Positions 9,565 through 17,100 of a stretch of DNA of 64,000 nt are shown here, one piece after another. The position numbers were made by a program, and so were the translations under genes. Under the pieces are notes generated by a model. The model made no database searches and was not told the DNA's origin. It saw only the letters and a program-made list of their open reading frames with translations. Positions within the stretch are counted from its first letter, which is position 1; each line of letters starts with the position of its first letter. This DNA comes from a virus, in the IMG/VR virus record IMGVR_UViG_3300029267_002727, positions 33,715 through 97,714 of that record, one strand, 5' to 3'.

Positions 9565-9710
9565 AATGGGCCATTGCTGAGAGCCCCGCGAGAAGCCAAG
9601 TCAGGCTACATACCTTGGGCTTGCCCTCCGTATAAGTAGCTGCCGTGCGACCAACACGGTACTGGCGTAGCAGGAGACGTCCTGCGCGGGCTTCTCAGCA
9701 GTGGCCCATT
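9565..9710 (+). ncRNA. Candidate structured ncRNA closed by a 26-position stem
   Basis: 9565-9590 pairs with 9685-9710 (25 of 26 positions, including G-U); branched internal stems. Confidence 0.65.
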
Positions 9711-9733
9711 TTTCTATAGGAGGTGTATAGGAA

Positions 9734-9874
9734 GTGCGCAATGGAAAGGCCGCAGTATATATCGTGCTTGCGGCGAGCCTGGTTTGCGCAGGGCTCGCCT
9801 CGCCCCTGATCCTGGAGGCGCTGGAGTTCATCGCCCAAGTCCTATGGTACATGTTCCTGGGGCCTATTCAGTAG
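9734..9874 (+). CDS. Small membrane protein, 46 aa (below the ORF-track cutoff)
   Basis: GTG start after AGGAGG; MRNGKAAVYIVLAASLVCAGLASPLILEALEFIAQVLWYMFLGPIQ. Confidence 0.55.
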   Translation: MRNGKAAVYIVLAASLVCAGLASPLILEALEFIAQVLWYMFLGPIQ

Positions 9875-9886
9875 AGGAGGAATCCG

Positions 9887-10093
9887 ATGATCGAAAACGT
9901 GTACGGCAACCCCTGGATCCACATGATCAATCAGGCCATCCTGGCCAACCCGGCGCCCCTCGTGGCGCCCCCGTCCCACACCAAGGGCGTCTGCCCGCCT
10001 TACTCTGGGCCCTCCAAGAGGACCCGGGCCAAGCGTGCGGCCAAGCGTCACCCGCGCCGCGGCACAGGGAACTGCGGTAGGCAGCGCTCATGA
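9887..10093 (+). CDS. Small basic hypothetical protein
   Basis: AGGAGG RBS; Arg/Lys-rich C-terminus. Confidence 0.55.
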   Translation: MIENVYGNPWIHMINQAILANPAPLVAPPSHTKGVCPPYSGPSKRTRAKRAAKRHPRRGTGNCGRQRS

Positions 10094-10275
10094 TCACCCT
10101 CGAGTATCAGTTCAAGTCGGATGCCGAGAGAGACTTTCTGGCCAGCTACATCTTCAACCAGGCCCTCGGCATGAAGGAGGTGGCAAAAGAGGCCGTCCTC
10201 CCAGGTGAGCGCGAGAAGCTAGAGAACAAGGCGCAGGCCCTGCGCCGGCTCGCGGTCGCGATCGACAACACATAG
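10090..10275 (+). CDS. Hypothetical protein
   Basis: ATGA-coupled ORF. Confidence 0.6.
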   Translation: MITLEYQFKSDAERDFLASYIFNQALGMKEVAKEAVLPGEREKLENKAQALRRLAVAIDNT

Positions 10276-10327
10276 GGGTTCCAGCTTGGGCGTCGTATCA
10301 AAACATCTTACACAGCACAAAAGAATA

Positions 10328-10433
10328 GCCTGCTGGCGGGCATTGTACACCAGCGCCTAACTGGTTGAAATAGACCAGACGAATCTGTAACCCGTCTCGT
10401 GGCGGGTGTGGCCTCCCAGCGGTTTGGGCGGCC
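10328..10433 (+). ncRNA. Candidate structured RNA (pseudoknot plus successive hairpins)
   Basis: GCCT/GGGC with GCTGG/CCAGC pseudoknot; CTGGTT/GACCAG, ACCCGTC/GGCGGGT and GGCC..GGCC stems. Confidence 0.4.
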
Positions 10434-10438
10434 GAAAC

Positions 10439-10545
10439 GCGTAAGCTCGGCGGGGGCTTACGCAAAAACCTTAAAGCCTCTATAAGGTTTTTGCGTGTGC
10501 CCCGGCTACGGCTCGAGGCGCCAATCTTCCGTGGAGGTAGGTTCG
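10439..10545 (+). ncRNA. Overlapping tandem-hairpin element 4 with conserved leader
   Basis: Stem A 10439-10463, stem B 10460-10496, then leader shared with element 5. Confidence 0.7.
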
Positions 10546-10860
10546 ATGGGTATGTACTGCGACGTTTATGGGGTCGAGGTCAAGATGGCCGGCCTGCTCG
10601 CCGTTGCCGCTGACGAAGTCGTGGGTGGCGATGACTGCGGGGTCGTTGTCATCTCACGCGAAGACGCCATGGAGATCCTGTCCGTGATGCGTGGCGAACT
10701 GCTGAACGGCTGGGCCAACAAGGCCAACGTTTACAGTGGGGACGCCCCGCTTTCGGGTGTTCAGGATATCCTTCACTTCGCCGGTGATGTGGTCGCATTC
10801 AGGCAGCTCCTGCTATGGGTAGCCTATGAGAAAGGAGAAGAGGAGCTAGTGTTCGCCTGA
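10546..10860 (+). CDS. Hypothetical protein
   Basis: ATG after GGAGGT; the upstream GTG in the ORF track lies in the repeat leader. Confidence 0.65.
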   Translation: MGMYCDVYGVEVKMAGLLAVAADEVVGGDDCGVVVISREDAMEILSVMRGELLNGWANKANVYSGDAPLSGVQDILHFAGDVVAFRQLLLWVAYEKGEEELVFA

Positions 10861-10870
10861 CAATCAAATA

Positions 10871-10979
10871 GCGCAAGTTCCAGCCGGGGCTTGCGCAGAG
10901 CTCACTCTCACAAGAGGGTGATCTCTGCGTGTGCCCCGGCTACGGCTCGTGGCACCAATCTTCCGTGGAGGTAAGTTCA
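10871..10979 (+). ncRNA. Overlapping tandem-hairpin element 5 with conserved leader
   Basis: Stem A 10871-10896, stem B 10893-10930, leader nearly identical to 10492-10545. Confidence 0.7.
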
Positions 10980-11684
10980 GTGTCTCAGTCCAAGTTTTCT
11001 CTCGCGTTGGTTGCGCTCTTGAGCGTGGCCCTCGGGGCCGTCCTGGCCCTGCTGATCGCTCGCCCCGCAGCCTCCGTGGCTGCCCCCCAGACCTCTGGCC
11101 CCGCGGCCTCCGTGGCTGCCCCCCAGGCCTCTGGCCTGTTGTCCCAGTCCGAGATGGAATCGCTGGCTGCCAATCGCGTGGAGTTCGTGCGTGAAGATGG
11201 CGCCCGCTGCACCATTCTCTCCAACGGCGAGCTCGACTGCGAGTGCTGCCAGTGCCAGCAGGAGGCCGCCCCGTGCATCAATACCACACCTGTGGTTACC
11301 GTGTCCGCACCCGTCACGTTCACGAAGGTCGTCACCGTACAACTCCCGTGCAAGGAAGTTGCTACCGAGGACGAAGAGGCGTTCCTGATCGACGATCCCC
11401 CGGATCGCCCCGATGATCCCGGTGATGAGCCTGACACGCCCGATGGGCCCGATACGCCTGATGACCCCGGCGATCCCGACACGCCCGATGATCCCGGTGA
11501 TGAGCCCGACACGCCTGACAAGCCCGACAGGCCAGCCGATGATGGCGACAAGGAGGGCAACGGGAACAATGGCGTGGGGAACGGCTATGACCCGCAGCCC
11601 AAGGGTGACCCCAAACCCAACGACACCGGGGACGATATGGGCCCCGGTAACCCAGACAACAAGGGCGGCAAGAAGGACAAGTAA
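10980..11684 (+). CDS. Secreted/membrane-anchored protein with Cys cluster and Pro-Asp-rich repeats
   Basis: Signal/TM segment, tandem PAASVAAPQxSG, CECCQC, PDxPDDPG repeats, GNNGVGNGYDPQP motif. Confidence 0.75.
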   Translation: MSQSKFSLALVALLSVALGAVLALLIARPAASVAAPQTSGPAASVAAPQASGLLSQSEMESLAANRVEFVREDGARCTILSNGELDCECCQCQQEAAPCINTTPVVTVSAPVTFTKVVTVQLPCKEVATEDEEAFLIDDPPDRPDDPGDEPDTPDGPDTPDDPGDPDTPDDPGDEPDTPDKPDRPADDGDKEGNGNNGVGNGYDPQPKGDPKPNDTGDDMGPGNPDNKGGKKDK

Positions 11685-11695
11685 AGGAAAGGGCA

Positions 11696-11926
11696 ATGAA
11701 ATACAGGACGGCAGCAGGCAGGGCGTTCAAGATCCCGGCCGGCTCCCACGTGCACGTGGAGGTCAGGCCAGATGAAATCATCGTCACCAGGGGGAACGGT
11801 GGCGTCGCAAACGAACTCCTGGAGGCCGCAGTCAAGAACGGCATCCAGTACACACCGCAGGGAGACCTGCGCCTTGTTTCGGACACCCTCAGAAGGACCG
11901 GGGGCGTCTTTCATCTCAAAGGATAG
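11696..11926 (+). CDS. Hypothetical protein
   Basis: ORF in the early operon. Confidence 0.55.
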   Translation: MKYRTAAGRAFKIPAGSHVHVEVRPDEIIVTRGNGGVANELLEAAVKNGIQYTPQGDLRLVSDTLRRTGGVFHLKG

Positions 11927-11934
11927 GAGGCAAG

Positions 11935-12264
11935 ATGGACATCACGAGCATAACGCAAGAGATCGCCGAGGTCGGCCCCGAGACCACTGATTATCGGAAC
12001 GTCCGCCAGCGCGCGATAGACGCTGGCGCTACCGAGCTCTGCATCATCATCCAGTACAGTAATAACCTCGGTGCTGGTGTGATGCGGTGCCTCGTGGATG
12101 GGATCGAGAAGAACGTGCCCGCCCCCATGTGGAAGGCCGTCGAATGGCTGGACGGGTACGTCGTGCGCGACACCCCCGACGAAGGGGGGATGGTGCGGTA
12201 CGTCGTGGGCCCCGTGGACTTCGAGGACGCGCGGCGCCGCTACAAGGAGGAGTACCGTGCCTAG
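11935..12264 (+). CDS. Hypothetical protein
   Basis: AGGAGG RBS. Confidence 0.65.
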   Translation: MDITSITQEIAEVGPETTDYRNVRQRAIDAGATELCIIIQYSNNLGAGVMRCLVDGIEKNVPAPMWKAVEWLDGYVVRDTPDEGGMVRYVVGPVDFEDARRRYKEEYRA

Positions 12265-12463
12265 CTGCTGGTATGACGCGATCCGCGTGGTAGTGCGCTA
12301 CATCTTTGATGGATACGTGACCGAGATTCACGACACCGATCGCATCGGGGCCAACGAACACATCGAAGACGCCATTAACCGATTCGGCCTCGAGAAGATC
12401 GAAGCAGACGTTTACCGGGACGCATCGGGCGGCCTGGTCGTTATCACACAGGAGGCAAGTTAA
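12257..12463 (+). CDS. Hypothetical protein
   Basis: GTG start after AGGAG. Confidence 0.55.
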   Translation: MPSCWYDAIRVVVRYIFDGYVTEIHDTDRIGANEHIEDAINRFGLEKIEADVYRDASGGLVVITQEAS

Positions 12464-12464
12464 G

Positions 12465-13802
12465 ATGGCTATCAGCAGGAAAAAGATGATCGAGACGGCC
12501 GTGCAAGCGGCCAAGGACATGGGGTGGGAATCGGTCAAATTCGAGGATGACGGCAAGGACGTCATGATCGTTCTCAATGCCCCGGGCGCGGCCGAGCAGA
12601 TGACCGAGCCATGCCGGCTACCCACGCTGGTCCGGGCCGTGCGCAACGTTGGGCCCGCAGCGGACTACCCGGCCATCGAAGAGTACCCGGTGCGCTACGA
12701 CGAGAGCATGCCCTACGAAGGCCACGAGGACCCGCGCGAGCAGTACGTCCAGCCAGTAACCAAGTGGGACGAGGTTTACTCGCCCCCAGAGGATCGGCCG
12801 GGCGATTACGTAGAAGAGGAGGCATTTCCTCCCGAACACTACGGGCCCGAGAAGGACCCCTTCACCGTGGACGCGGCCGTAGAGATCTCCGAGGCCGAGA
12901 GCCACGCAGATGAACCGACCGAGCTCGAGAAACCCGAGCCGGATGATGATCCGTTCGCCGGCCTGGAAGTGCCGGCCGAGATCGTGGAGGTGGCGACCGA
13001 GCCGCTCCCCGAGAAGGAGGAGGCAAAAGTGGCGAAGAAACGTGCGCGTCGTGCGAGTGAGTCCCGTGACGATCTGATCGCTCGCTGCAAGGCCCTGGGG
13101 ATCACGGGCTACTCTCGCCTGAACGTCAAGTCTCTGAGGGCCCTGATCCGCAACGTGGAGCGAAACCGCGAAGAGATCGGCCGGCTCGCCGCGGCGCTAG
13201 ATGCCGCCGAGCAGCTACCGGGCCCAATCGAGGACGTCAGTGGTCACGGCATCGAGCCGCCCACCATCAAGGTGAGCCCCAAGATGGCGGCGACCGAGGG
13301 TGACGTGTTTGTGCAGGACCGCGGTGGGATCGCCCACCCAGAACAGATCTTCCCCCAGGAGGAAACCACAGTGAACCTCTCTGCTGAAACCGTCGAGAAG
13401 CTGGGCCTGCGCGACGAGATGATCGACCTGGGTGAGGGCCGCTGCGCCATTGCCCGCCACGGCAACGATACCAAGGTGTTCAGCCGCAAGATCAGCGCCA
13501 GCCTGAAGACTCAGATGGAGGGGAACGGCTGGAAGTTCTTCAACGTGACCGGCGAGCGAGCGCGGGAACTGTTGCGCAACAAGCGCAAGGCCGCAGGCAT
13601 GGGCACCGCGCCCGTCGCCATCTCCCACAAGCGCGGTGAGGACTGCGTGGAGCGTCTGAACGGCCGGGTGTACGCAAAGCCTGGCTACATGTTCCGCCTC
13701 AGCCTCAAATCCGACCCGTCCGTAACCAACGAGTTCGCCACCATCAACGAGGCCGTATGGCGCAAGCTCTGGAATATCGCGGTGGTGTACGTGGGCGTGT
13801 AG
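12465..13802 (+). CDS. Multidomain protein with acidic linker and Rho-N/HeH-like motif
   Basis: SRDDLIARCKALGITGYSRLNVKSLRALI resembles the Rho N-terminal helix-extension-helix motif. Confidence 0.65.
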   Translation: MAISRKKMIETAVQAAKDMGWESVKFEDDGKDVMIVLNAPGAAEQMTEPCRLPTLVRAVRNVGPAADYPAIEEYPVRYDESMPYEGHEDPREQYVQPVTKWDEVYSPPEDRPGDYVEEEAFPPEHYGPEKDPFTVDAAVEISEAESHADEPTELEKPEPDDDPFAGLEVPAEIVEVATEPLPEKEEAKVAKKRARRASESRDDLIARCKALGITGYSRLNVKSLRALIRNVERNREEIGRLAAALDAAEQLPGPIEDVSGHGIEPPTIKVSPKMAATEGDVFVQDRGGIAHPEQIFPQEETTVNLSAETVEKLGLRDEMIDLGEGRCAIARHGNDTKVFSRKISASLKTQMEGNGWKFFNVTGERARELLRNKRKAAGMGTAPVAISHKRGEDCVERLNGRVYAKPGYMFRLSLKSDPSVTNEFATINEAVWRKLWNIAVVYVGV

Positions 13803-13812
13803 ACCGTTCTCT

Positions 13813-13836
13813 GGGGGAGCCCCTGGTGGCTCCCCC
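13813..13836 (+). terminator. GC-rich hairpin after the early operon (no U-tract)
   Basis: GGGGGAGCC-6nt-GGCTCCCCC. Confidence 0.55.
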
Positions 13837-13868
13837 CACCTACTCAGGGGGCGAATGTGAATTGGCCC

Positions 13869-13898
13869 CTTGACAGGTGTTTAGTTGCATGGTAGAAT
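13869..13898 (+). promoter_or_regulatory. Sigma70 promoter with putative operator
   Basis: TTGACA-17-TAGAAT with extended -10 TG; CTTGAC-aggt-GTTTAG. Confidence 0.8.
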
Positions 13899-13920
13899 GA
13901 GAACCAGATAAGGAGGCCCT

Positions 13921-14469
13921 ATGAACGATCAAGACCTAGCACGGCTAGTACTGGCAGGATACCCGATCTGGGTCGAGGTGACGGACGCACGGCTAGAAGT
14001 CTGCCCCCCGGACGGCCCTTCCCCCTCCCCATTTCCGTACGCCGAGTGGCTCGAGTACGCGGACGAGAACACCACCGAGGCCCTGGACATCTACGTAGAG
14101 TACAACGGCGAAATGTACTGGGCCGGCGAGCTCCTGAGCGGCATAGGGATCGGGCCCCTCCTCCGTAGTGAGGACGCCATGCGGGAGTATGCGTATCAGG
14201 GCGCGCGCGACCCGTTCCGACAGTGGGACGGGTTCTGTACAGAATGCTACAAGTTTTGTAGGAGGCGGCGCGTGATGCGGTCGATCGGTGGCGGGGAGTG
14301 GCAGTGCCCTTACTGTGACGCTATCGAGTATCACCCAGGGGACCTAGAGAGCCCGACCCTGACCACGAACAAGCAGAGAGCTCGGCGAATGGCCGAGCTC
14401 CTATGGGGTCTAGGGTTGCAGGAGCAAGCCCTGGAGTACGATCCAAGATATTCCCCGGAGGTAAACTGA
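13921..14469 (+). CDS. Hypothetical zinc-finger protein
   Basis: CTEC...CPYC; AAGGAGG RBS. Confidence 0.7.
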   Translation: MNDQDLARLVLAGYPIWVEVTDARLEVCPPDGPSPSPFPYAEWLEYADENTTEALDIYVEYNGEMYWAGELLSGIGIGPLLRSEDAMREYAYQGARDPFRQWDGFCTECYKFCRRRRVMRSIGGGEWQCPYCDAIEYHPGDLESPTLTTNKQRARRMAELLWGLGLQEQALEYDPRYSPEVN

Positions 14470-14690
14470 TGGACCCAGAACAGGCACGCACGATTTCGAT
14501 AGTACGCGAACTGGTGTGCGGCAAGCAACTGACGCTACCCAATGGTTACACCCTGGCCATGAGCAAAGATATGACCATCGGGTTCATCATGGGGTGTCAG
14601 GACTACATTGTGGGATCTATGACACTGGCGCAACTGCACGCACTACTCACCAAGTTCGATATCGGACCAGTCATCCCGGAGGTGAACTGA
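14469..14690 (+). CDS. Hypothetical protein flanked by 18-bp direct repeats
   Basis: CCCGGAGGT(A/G)AACTGATG at both ends. Confidence 0.6.
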   Translation: MDPEQARTISIVRELVCGKQLTLPNGYTLAMSKDMTIGFIMGCQDYIVGSMTLAQLHALLTKFDIGPVIPEVN

Positions 14691-14944
14691 TGCAGAACCA
14701 CAAGGACGAACTGACCAGCAAGCAGATCGCGGAACGTGAAAGGCTCTTGGCGCACGGTCTCCCCGAAGGCTATGGGGAGGAAGTCCCGGAGATGGATGGG
14801 GAAGAAGACCCCCGCAGCCGGCACGAGCGACGCGCGGACGCAGCCAGGGCCCGGAAGAAGAAGGCCCGCGAGGCCAAGATCCGAGCCAGGCGTAATCGGG
14901 CCCGCAAGAACAAGCGAGGAAAGAAGCGAGGGAAGAAGCAATGA
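14690..14944 (+). CDS. Small protein with very basic C-terminus
   Basis: Arg/Lys-rich tail ...RNRARKNKRGKKRGKKQ. Confidence 0.6.
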   Translation: MQNHKDELTSKQIAERERLLAHGLPEGYGEEVPEMDGEEDPRSRHERRADAARARKKKAREAKIRARRNRARKNKRGKKRGKKQ

Positions 14945-15312
14945 GCGTGCTTAGTAACCCCACAGAGTGGGCAGAGGGATACCGGGCGTTCTGGCGAGGG
15001 CTGTCGTGGCAGGATACCCCGTACGAAAGCGGCCCAAAGTGGTCGGCATGGGATAGGGGCTGGACGTACGCGGCCAACCAAGAAGCGGAAGAACAGCGGC
15101 GGCGCAACGAGAGCGAACCAATCGACACACCCGCCAGCAGTGAACTATCCGTTGCCTGGTCCCGCGGCTATCTCCACTACTGGCACGACAACCGTCCCAA
15201 CGAGTATGAAAAAGGCTCCATCGAGTACGCCGACTGGCAGGTAGGGTTTGAAGATGCCGCCGAGGAGGACTACCTCGACACCATAGAAACTGAGGAGGAG
15301 CTTGATGATTGA
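14941..15312 (+). CDS. RMF-like (Rmf/CrpP-fold) protein, two motifs
   Basis: WAEGYRAFWRG..TPY..WDRGW and WSRGYLHY..NEY..WQVGF. Confidence 0.7.
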   Translation: MSVLSNPTEWAEGYRAFWRGLSWQDTPYESGPKWSAWDRGWTYAANQEAEEQRRRNESEPIDTPASSELSVAWSRGYLHYWHDNRPNEYEKGSIEYADWQVGFEDAAEEDYLDTIETEEELDD

Positions 15313-15610
15313 GATCTACGAGGTGACGCACCACCTCCCCTACGTGTGCCCCAACTGTGAGGGCCGCCTGACTGTAGTGGGAACCGCAACGAACGAACGC
15401 AACAACCCGGTGATCGGCCTATACTGCCCGCGCTGTGACAGGGCAATGGAGATCGAGATCGTCCTCGACGGCCGGCGCAATCCGCACGCCGAGGGATATG
15501 CCCAGTACGAGCTCTACCTCGATGTTACCAACCCCTATCGCGATGAGTGGCACGCCCAGCGCTTTCATCAGGGAGTGGAAGACGCCAAGAAAGACGAGAT
15601 CCCCTTCTAG
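15305..15610 (+). CDS. Zinc ribbon plus degenerate RMF-like motif plus SSB-like DEIPF tail
   Basis: CPNC..CPRC; HAEGYAQY..NPY..FHQGV; ends DEIPF. Confidence 0.65.
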   Translation: MIEIYEVTHHLPYVCPNCEGRLTVVGTATNERNNPVIGLYCPRCDRAMEIEIVLDGRRNPHAEGYAQYELYLDVTNPYRDEWHAQRFHQGVEDAKKDEIPF

Positions 15611-15620
15611 GAGGACCAAG

Positions 15621-15911
15621 ATGAGTAGCGAGAGCTACCACGAGGGATACCTTGACTTCCAGCGCGGCCACGGGTGCCAATGCAACCCCTACACCCCCAT
15701 GACCTGCGAGTGGCGTGGTTGGAGAAATGGTTGGTTCCAGGCCAAGCAAGATAAGGGCTGGCCCTGGCACGAAGGCTACGATGCCTACCAGAATGGCATT
15801 TCCTGGACCGACAACCCGCATCCAGTGAACGCCGAAGACAATGCGTGGCTGGAGTGGGACGCCGGCTGGGAGCAGGCCCGGCGAGAAGAGGAAGCTATCC
15901 AGGATGAGTGA
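15621..15911 (+). CDS. RMF-like protein, two motifs
   Basis: YHEGYLDFQRG..NPY..WRNGW and WHEGYDAYQNG..NPH..WDAGW. Confidence 0.72.
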   Translation: MSSESYHEGYLDFQRGHGCQCNPYTPMTCEWRGWRNGWFQAKQDKGWPWHEGYDAYQNGISWTDNPHPVNAEDNAWLEWDAGWEQARREEEAIQDE

Positions 15912-16179
15912 ATCAACCGCCTACGTCGAAGGATACTGCGCTTGGGCAGATGGGAGCCTGTGCCCGTACGTTTCTCTGTCTCAGGAGTGGTGGGACTGGC
16001 ATCGCGGCTACTGGCAGGCTAAACAGGAGGACTTTGAGGCCCAAACCCCGTACCAGGAAGGCCATGAAGCCTACTTTCGAGACGTGGACCTGGACGATAA
16101 CCCCTACCCGCCCTCTGAGTCCGCGCACGCTGACTGGAACGCCGGCTGGACGCAGGGTGAGCTAGAGGTTATAGATTGA
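15904..16179 (+). CDS. RMF-like protein, two motifs
   Basis: YVEGYCAWADG..CPY..WHRGY and YQEGHEAY..NPY..WNAGW. Confidence 0.72.
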   Translation: MSESTAYVEGYCAWADGSLCPYVSLSQEWWDWHRGYWQAKQEDFEAQTPYQEGHEAYFRDVDLDDNPYPPSESAHADWNAGWTQGELEVID

Positions 16180-16292
16180 TAACCATATCTGGTTATCGAC
16201 CAGGGCACGCACGTAGGGGCCCAAAAGAGTGAAGACGTCAGACACCTGTGTAGCGCTACAGTAGCGTTACACCGCGTTACAGGAGATATAGC

Positions 16293-16610
16293 ATGAGCCC
16301 ATTTGATGAAGGCTACCAAGCATACTGGAACGGCGAGGGCCCCGAGGCCAATGCGTACGAAGACGGCGAGAACAGGTTCTTCTGGAACACAGGCTGGGTA
16401 TGGGCAGAGTATGATGACGCCAGCCGCACGAATGAGCCAGCGCGCAAACTGCTCAGTGGCGAGGCCGTAGAGATCAACACGGTGGGAGGCCTGCGCGGAG
16501 CGATCGCGGCGCTGCCGGATGTACTCGATGTTCGGGCGTGCTCGGATCAGGGCTTCCACTTCATTACCCTCATGGTCGATGGGAACACGCTGCTTATGGA
16601 GGCTGAGTAA
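16293..16610 (+). CDS. RMF-like motif fused to a C-terminal domain
   Basis: FDEGYQAYWNG..NAY..WNTGW. Confidence 0.7.
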   Translation: MSPFDEGYQAYWNGEGPEANAYEDGENRFFWNTGWVWAEYDDASRTNEPARKLLSGEAVEINTVGGLRGAIAALPDVLDVRACSDQGFHFITLMVDGNTLLMEAE

Positions 16611-16611
16611 T

Positions 16612-16812
16612 ATGTGGGGCTTTGAGATAGCAAGTGATGGTACTCCGGTGGCCGTTGAGGTGCCAACCCCGTACGAGCAGGGCCACCTGGCCTTCTTCGA
16701 GGACAAGGATCTGTCTGAGAACCCGCACATCCGTGACGACTACCGGGCAGAATGGGAGGATGGCTGGCACGCAGCCCGAGCCGAGCAGCGATGGCGGCGG
16801 AAGAGGAAATAA
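16612..16812 (+). CDS. RMF-like protein
   Basis: YEQGHLAFFE..NPH..WEDGW. Confidence 0.7.
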   Translation: MWGFEIASDGTPVAVEVPTPYEQGHLAFFEDKDLSENPHIRDDYRAEWEDGWHAARAEQRWRRKRK

Positions 16813-16852
16813 CTATGAGCGAACTGAGCATACCCGAGATGGAGGCTGAGTA

Positions 16853-17092
16853 ATGAGACCATGCGAGGAGCAAGAGTACAGGTGTGGACGCAATGCGTTC
16901 CTCGACTCGTTTCCATACGACAAAAGCAGATCGGGCGCCTGGCGCAGCGGCTGGATGCACGAGTATCACGTGGCCAGGCGCCAAGACCGGGCCGACCTCA
17001 CTGACGAGATCGAGGCAGCGCTGAGAAAGTACGGGCTATCCTTCCATGACGCGCACAATGCCGTCACAGAGGCCCTGGATCGTGTATTCTAG
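16853..17092 (+). CDS. Shortened RMF-like motif plus C-terminal helices
   Basis: YRCGRNAF..FPY..WRSGW. Confidence 0.6.
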   Translation: MRPCEEQEYRCGRNAFLDSFPYDKSRSGAWRSGWMHEYHVARRQDRADLTDEIEAALRKYGLSFHDAHNAVTEALDRVF

Positions 17093-17100
17093 GAGGTGAC

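Noticed and set aside
9003-9565. Integron attC sites flanking a one-gene cassette
   Set aside because: TAAC follows the stop codons, but there is no matching GTTRRRY, the ends do not pair into one attC hairpin, and no integron integrase was seen
10270-10440. tRNA or hammerhead/pistol/HDV-like ribozyme
   Set aside because: No cloverleaf with a TTCRA loop; GAAAC is present without a CUGANGA core; other ribozyme cores could not be fitted by eye
10495-10979. Shared N-terminal peptide MCPGYGS..QSSVEV in two ORF-track proteins
   Set aside because: Artefact of the shared leader; the GGAGG lies inside it, so the true starts are 10546 and 10980
8700-11000. CRISPR or mini-CRISPR array
   Set aside because: Repeats come only in pairs, are separated by whole genes rather than 30-40-nt spacers, and no cas genes are present
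10977-11914. Long minus-strand ORFs over the Pro/Asp-repeat gene
   Set aside because: Shadow frames of GC-rich repetitive coding sequence with no RBS support; the same applies to most antisense ORFs between 8.3 and 60.6 kb
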